Source of the DNA: an uncultured delta proteobacterium | Lineage (GTDB): Bacteria; Desulfobacterota; Desulfomonilia; UBA1062 | DNA: 64,000 nt | Direction: 5' to 3' | NCBI GenBank assembly: GCA_963752595.1 | Contig: CAVVYZ010000005.1 | Coordinates: forward strand, 224,001-288,000 | Shown here: piece after piece, positions 59,660 through 64,000 of the stretch | Numbering within the stretch: the first letter of the stretch is position 1 | Layout: each line of letters starts with the position of its first letter | Program-made: the position numbers and the translations under genes | The notes under the pieces: generated by a model | The model's input: the letters and a program-made list of their open reading frames with translations, nothing else | Told to the model about the DNA's origin: nothing | Database searches by the model: none

Positions 59660-61813
59660 ATGGGAGAAACCCGAGACAGCTTAGAGGCAAGAGCCAAGAC
59701 GCCTGAGGGAGATGCCGGGACGAACGGCTCCGCGCAGAAACCTTCAGACTTTATCCGTGCAATCATCAATGAGCACAACAAGACAGGCAGGTTCGGAGGC
59801 AGGGTGCATACCCGGTTCCCTCCCGAGCCGAACGGGTATCTTCATATCGGCCATGCAAAGTCCGTGTGCCTGAATTTCAAAATCGCTGCCGACTACAACG
59901 GCCTGTGCAACCTGAGGATGGACGATACGAACCCGGTCAAGGAAGAGGTCGAGTACATCGAATCCATTATCCGGGACGTCAGATGGCTCGGGTTCGATTG
60001 GGACGACAGGCTGTATTTCGCATCCGACTACTACGATCAGCTCTATCATTTTGCCGTCGAGCTCATCAGAAAAGGCAAGGCCTACGTGTGCGACCAGAGC
60101 CCCGAAGAGATGCGGCAGTACCGCGGCACGCTTACCGAGCCGGGGAAGGAAAGCCCGTACCGCAACCGGAGCATTTCGGAGAACCTGGGCCTGTTCGAGC
60201 GCATGCGGGCAGGAGAGTTCAAGGAGGGCGAAAAGACGCTCCGCGCAAAGATCGATATGTCTTCTCCCAACCTGAATATGCGCGACCCCGTCACCTACCG
60301 GATCCTCCATACCTCGCATCACAGGACAGGAGACAAGTGGTGCATCTATCCTATGTATGACTTCGCCCACTGCTTTTCCGACTCCATCGAGGGCATCACG
60401 CATTCCATCTGCACCCTGGAGTTCGAGGACCACCGACCCCTGTATGACTGGTACCTGGATCAGCTGGAAGCCTACCATCCCCAGCAGATCGAGTTCGCCA
60501 GGCTCAACCTCACCTATACGGTCATGAGCAAGCGCAAGCTCCTGCAGCTCGTGCAGCAGAAGTACGTGAGCGGGTGGGACGACCCCAGGATGCCCACGAT
60601 CTCGGGCATGCGGAGGCGCGGGTACACGGCTGAGGCGATCCGGAACTTCTGCGAGCGCATCGGCGTTGCCAAGAACGACAGCATGGTGGATGTCGAGCTG
60701 CTCGAATTCTGCGTCCGTGAAGACCTCAATCTCAAGGCGCCGCGGCGGATGGCCGTGCTTCAGCCCTTGAAGGTCGTGATCGAGAACTATGCGGAAGGAA
60801 AAACGGAAGAATTCGAAATCCCGAACCACCCGGATGGTGCGGCCACGGGAAGCAGGAAGGTCCCGTTCTCAAGGACCGTCTACATCGAGCGGGACGACTT
60901 CATGGAGGAGCCCAGCGCCAAGTTCTTCCGGCTCGCACCGGGCAGAGAGGTCCGGCTCAGGGGCGCATACTTCATCACGTGCACCGGTGTGAAAAAAGAC
61001 AAGGATACCGGCGAGATCACAGAGCTCGCCTGCACCTACGACGCGGGCACCCGCGGGGGCGACGCAACGGACGGCCGCAAGGTAAAGGGCACCCTCCACT
61101 GGGTTTCGGCAGAGCATTCGGTCGAGGCCTCCATAAAGCTCTATGACCGGCTCTTCACCGTGCCCAACCCCGAGGGAGGAGAAGAGGGATCGGATTTCCT
61201 GTCATATCTCAATCCCGGCTCGCTGACGGTCCTCACGGGGTGCAGGCTGGAATCTTCGCTGGCTGATGCGAAGCCGGGCGTCACCTACCAGTTCGAACGC
61301 CAGGGGTACTTCTGCGCCGATTCCGGGAACTCTCCCGTAAGCGGCCTCGTGTTCAACCGGACGGCCACCCTGCGTGATACCTGGGCAAAGATCGAAAAAG
61401 GGAAGCCCGCTCCTGATATGGGAAAGCAAAAGGCAAAGGAGCAGAAGACCACGCTTTCAGTTCAGCCGGGGAATAACCTTGCCGACCGGATAACGATCGA
61501 TGACTTCAACCGGATTGACCTCAGGGTGGGCCTTATCCGCGAGGTGAGCCTGGTGGAAGGATCGAACAAGCTTCTGAAGCTCATGGTGGATGTGGGCGAG
61601 GAGCGCTTGCGCCAGATCTTTGCCGGCATCCGGCCGGCCTACCCGGACCCCGATGACCTCCTGGGGAAGAAAGTGGCCGTGGTTGCAAACCTGAAAGAAC
61701 GGCAGATGAAATTCGGGCTTTCCCAGGGCATGATACTCGCAGGCGGCGAGGGAGAGCGCATGGGCATCGTCACCCTGAACGGCGACCCAAAGCCCGGTGA
61801 TAAGATTTCCTAG
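59660..61813 (+). CDS. glnS: Glutamine-tRNA ligase with C-terminal Trbp111/CsaA-type tRNA-binding domain
   Basis: [23 protein letters not shown] and QFERQGYF, then a Lys-rich linker and ITIDDF..IDLRVG...KLL...VANL..R.MKFG.SQGMIL. Confidence 0.95.
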   Translation: MGETRDSLEARAKTPEGDAGTNGSAQKPSDFIRAIINEHNKTGRFGGRVHTRFPPEPNGYLHIGHAKSVCLNFKIAADYNGLCNLRMDDTNPVKEEVEYIESIIRDVRWLGFDWDDRLYFASDYYDQLYHFAVELIRKGKAYVCDQSPEEMRQYRGTLTEPGKESPYRNRSISENLGLFERMRAGEFKEGEKTLRAKIDMSSPNLNMRDPVTYRILHTSHHRTGDKWCIYPMYDFAHCFSDSIEGITHSICTLEFEDHRPLYDWYLDQLEAYHPQQIEFARLNLTYTVMSKRKLLQLVQQKYVSGWDDPRMPTISGMRRRGYTAEAIRNFCERIGVAKNDSMVDVELLEFCVREDLNLKAPRRMAVLQPLKVVIENYAEGKTEEFEIPNHPDGAATGSRKVPFSRTVYIERDDFMEEPSAKFFRLAPGREVRLRGAYFITCTGVKKDKDTGEITELACTYDAGTRGGDATDGRKVKGTLHWVSAEHSVEASIKLYDRLFTVPNPEGGEEGSDFLSYLNPGSLTVLTGCRLESSLADAKPGVTYQFERQGYFCADSGNSPVSGLVFNRTATLRDTWAKIEKGKPAPDMGKQKAKEQKTTLSVQPGNNLADRITIDDFNRIDLRVGLIREVSLVEGSNKLLKLMVDVGEERLRQIFAGIRPAYPDPDDLLGKKVAVVANLKERQMKFGLSQGMILAGGEGERMGIVTLNGDPKPGDKIS

Positions 61814-62025
61814 CAGATTATCTGCAGAAACGGCATTCAACCGCGATCAGAGCCGATTATCGATTACGGTTCCGTTCGCGGCAAAAAGCTGCTCCTGCAC
61901 GATCCATTCCGTCCCGGGCGCGGTAGATTTTTCGAATACGAATACATCGAATATTTCTCTCATCTTTTCATAGGCCTCCGGCCGATATCGGCTATATAAC
62001 GTATTTCTTATCAAGGAGGTTATGT

Positions 62026-63006
62026 ATGAGGAGAGGTATGTATCTTCTCTTTTTCGTATTGATCCTGGCTCAGCCTTGTTTTGCCCAGTCGAACTACCGG
62101 ATCGAGGTATTGCAGGTAGGTTCTGTGGATGTCTACGACAGCGCCTATGAAGGGATTCTCGACGGGCTTGCCCGCCAGGGTCTCGTCAAAGACTGCAACG
62201 TGAATATCAGCAGGACCGTCCTCGATATGAATCCGGAACCATCACTCTGGGAGAAACTCACCCTAAGTATGCACATCAGCGATATGCTTTCTTCGGTCGT
62301 CCGGAACCGGCCTGATCTGGTGATCACGCTGGGCACCCAGGCAACGACCGTCTTCCAGGACAAGATCAGGGAAGCAGGCATCCCGGTCGTTTTTTCCGGC
62401 GTCTGCTCACCGGTTGTACAGTCCGGGAAGGACAGCACCGGGGTCGTCATCCGGTCCCAGCCATCGGATATGATCAGGACGACGATGCTGGCCCTGCCCG
62501 ATATCGACCGCCTGGCCATCATCCATTCCTCGGACCTGGAGGCTATAGCCTTTACCGACGAGGTGAGCAGGCAGGCCAGGAGGTTCGGGATAACCGTTAT
62601 CAGCAAGGAGATCGACCCTGCCGGGCCGATCACCGGAGCGGTCCGGGAACTCATTGCGCAGGGAGCGGATGCCTTTATCATCCCAACGGATGCATATTAT
62701 GAGGTGCACGGCTGGAAAGCCGGCAGGGAGCTCATTGCCGAGGCGACTCTCCAGAGGATTCCCTGCATCTCTTCATTGTTGAATGCGACAAAGGGACCGC
62801 TCATCACCCCGGCTCCGGATTTCGGCGCCGTAGGCGACCTCACTGCAAAACAGGTCAACGCAATCCTCACAGGGGACAAGTTGCCGGGAGATCTTTCGAT
62901 CGCGAGCCACATCAACCAGAACTTCATCGTCGATCTCAATTCTTCGAGGCGCTTAGGTATACAGTTCCGGCCCAAATCCGACTCACTGTACAGTCTGAAC
63001 CATTAA
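62026..63006 (+). CDS. Orphan ABC transporter substrate-binding protein (ABC_sub_bind family)
   Basis: Signal peptide, PDLVITLGTQA, IPVVFSGV and AILTG..PGDL. Confidence 0.8.
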   Translation: MRRGMYLLFFVLILAQPCFAQSNYRIEVLQVGSVDVYDSAYEGILDGLARQGLVKDCNVNISRTVLDMNPEPSLWEKLTLSMHISDMLSSVVRNRPDLVITLGTQATTVFQDKIREAGIPVVFSGVCSPVVQSGKDSTGVVIRSQPSDMIRTTMLALPDIDRLAIIHSSDLEAIAFTDEVSRQARRFGITVISKEIDPAGPITGAVRELIAQGADAFIIPTDAYYEVHGWKAGRELIAEATLQRIPCISSLLNATKGPLITPAPDFGAVGDLTAKQVNAILTGDKLPGDLSIASHINQNFIVDLNSSRRLGIQFRPKSDSLYSLNH

Positions 63007-63020
63007 GCTTTCATATAAAA

Positions 63021-63054
63021 CAAGGGGCCGTTTTTCTTTTGGGCCGGCCCCTTG
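63021..63054. terminator. Hairpin between convergent genes
   Basis: caaggggccg...cggccccttg. Confidence 0.55.
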
Positions 63055-63115
63055 CCTTATCTTACGATGGCAACTCCTGCACCTGGTATTCTGCCGGGGA
63101 GGTTATAAACCGCTT

Positions 63116-63907
63116 TTACAAAAAGGGTGTCAGCTTCGGCTTCAAACGCCTGTCCATGATGCTTTCCACGTCCGATTCCCTGATCCATCCCCTTTTACCG
63201 TCCGGCAGGCTGATGAGCCTCCAGTCAGGCTCGAAGCGCTCCTGAACGACCGTGGCTCCTTCATGGAGCCTGAAGAGAAGCGTATCTCCGGCTTGGGGGC
63301 CGGCTAAGACGTCGGCCTGCTTTGCAACCACGACGCCCCGGTCGTCGGACAGGGCTTCGTAGTATTTCAGGCTCAAGGATACGCCGCTGCCGAACAAGAA
63401 GAAAAGCGATGCCGTGAGCAGATAGTAGGTGAGGTCGTTCCTCACCCGCAGACGCAGCAGGAGCACGGCAAATACCGCTCCGTGGAATGCGATGAATATC
63501 CGGAACAGCTCCGCAAGGTTGAAGGAGTTCAGCCAGAAGAATACCGAAGAGACGACCTGCCCGGGAGGCGTTACCGCATCCGTTTTCCTGTCCTGCGCAT
63601 AGGACAGGTTGAAGGTGAGGTCTGCATCCCGCGGTATGAAGAGCTTTGCACGTTCGTAATTCAGGATAGCTGCTCCAAGCCTGTTCATCTTGAAATAGGC
63701 ATTGGCCAGGTTGTAGTAGAGGTGTCCGCTTGCATGCCCTTTTTCTATGAGGCTTTCATAATCATGTGCGGCCTCGCTGTAACGTGCTTCCCGGAATGCC
63801 TGGTTCGCCCTGAAAAAGAGCTCTTCACGCGAAGGCTGTAGGGCGGCATAGGAGAATGCCGGAAACGATAGCATGAACAATATGAGTAAGGCTGTCTTCT
63901 TCATCAT
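63116..63907 (-). CDS. BatE-like TPR + TM + SH3 protein
   Basis: Signal, LYYNLANAYFK..LG.AILNYERA, two TMs, LF.LHEGA...W..I.L.DG..GW. Confidence 0.82.
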   Translation of the reverse strand: MMKKTALLILFMLSFPAFSYAALQPSREELFFRANQAFREARYSEAAHDYESLIEKGHASGHLYYNLANAYFKMNRLGAAILNYERAKLFIPRDADLTFNLSYAQDRKTDAVTPPGQVVSSVFFWLNSFNLAELFRIFIAFHGAVFAVLLLRLRVRNDLTYYLLTASLFFLFGSGVSLSLKYYEALSDDRGVVVAKQADVLAGPQAGDTLLFRLHEGATVVQERFEPDWRLISLPDGKRGWIRESDVESIMDRRLKPKLTPFL

Positions 63908-63908
63908 C

Positions 63909-64000
63909 TCACCTCGCCGGCCTGTCTATGTCCCGCATGAGAGAGACGAGCTCGCTTTTCCGCTCGAAGGGGCTGTTTCCCCGCCCGGTATACACCCTCT
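63909..64000 (-). CDS. C-terminal end of the upstream gene (possibly BatD-like), partial
   Basis: Open frame RVYTGRG...DRPAR-stop ending just before batE; identity inferred from context only. Confidence 0.4.
   Translation of the reverse strand, partial: RVYTGRGNSPFERKSELVSLMRDIDRPAR

Noticed and set aside
61960-61988. Sigma28-like GCCGATAT upstream of the ABC binding protein
   Set aside because: No -35 TAAA/TCAA at the 15-nt spacing

Overview
Chromosomal window from a Gram-negative bacterium whose gene order looks like that of Deltaproteobacteria/Desulfobacterota (inferred: split F0 atpZIBE, AhbB-like gene next to hemL, lysS-lol-bamA-lpx superoperon, GlnRS). In order it holds: a WecG/TagA-STAS-STAS fusion (5' end outside the window), mreBCD-mrdA-rodA, a C-terminally shortened GlmU, lon, hemL/ahbB, a Bax-like GH73 hydrolase, atpZIBE, a flagellar cluster (flgFGAHIJNK-csrA, with divergent flgM and recognisable sigma54 and sigma28 promoters), HAD, degenerate HD-GYP and AMMECR1 genes, lysS-lolE-lolD-bamA-skp-lpxD-lpxA-(GnnA-like)-lpxB-msbA-lpxK-gmhB plus two LpxL-like genes, and tRNA-Cys. 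Next come a PAS kinase, an omptin, a degenerate class I adenylate cyclase-like protein next to a pseudo-receiver/TPR protein, a eukaryote-like PFK-2/FBPase-2, and tRNA-Gln and tRNA-Glu. A decayed tRNA-fMet 3' fragment (att-like scar) is followed by an accessory block: HK, RR, RR-HD-GYP, then CsgG-like, secreted CBM-like and PASTA proteins. The window ends with csp, GNAT, GlnRS with a C-terminal Trbp111-type domain, an ABC binding protein and Bat-like genes. At least six genes carry small frameshifts, most likely long-read assembly errors. All family assignments come from motif recognition by eye; no searches were run.
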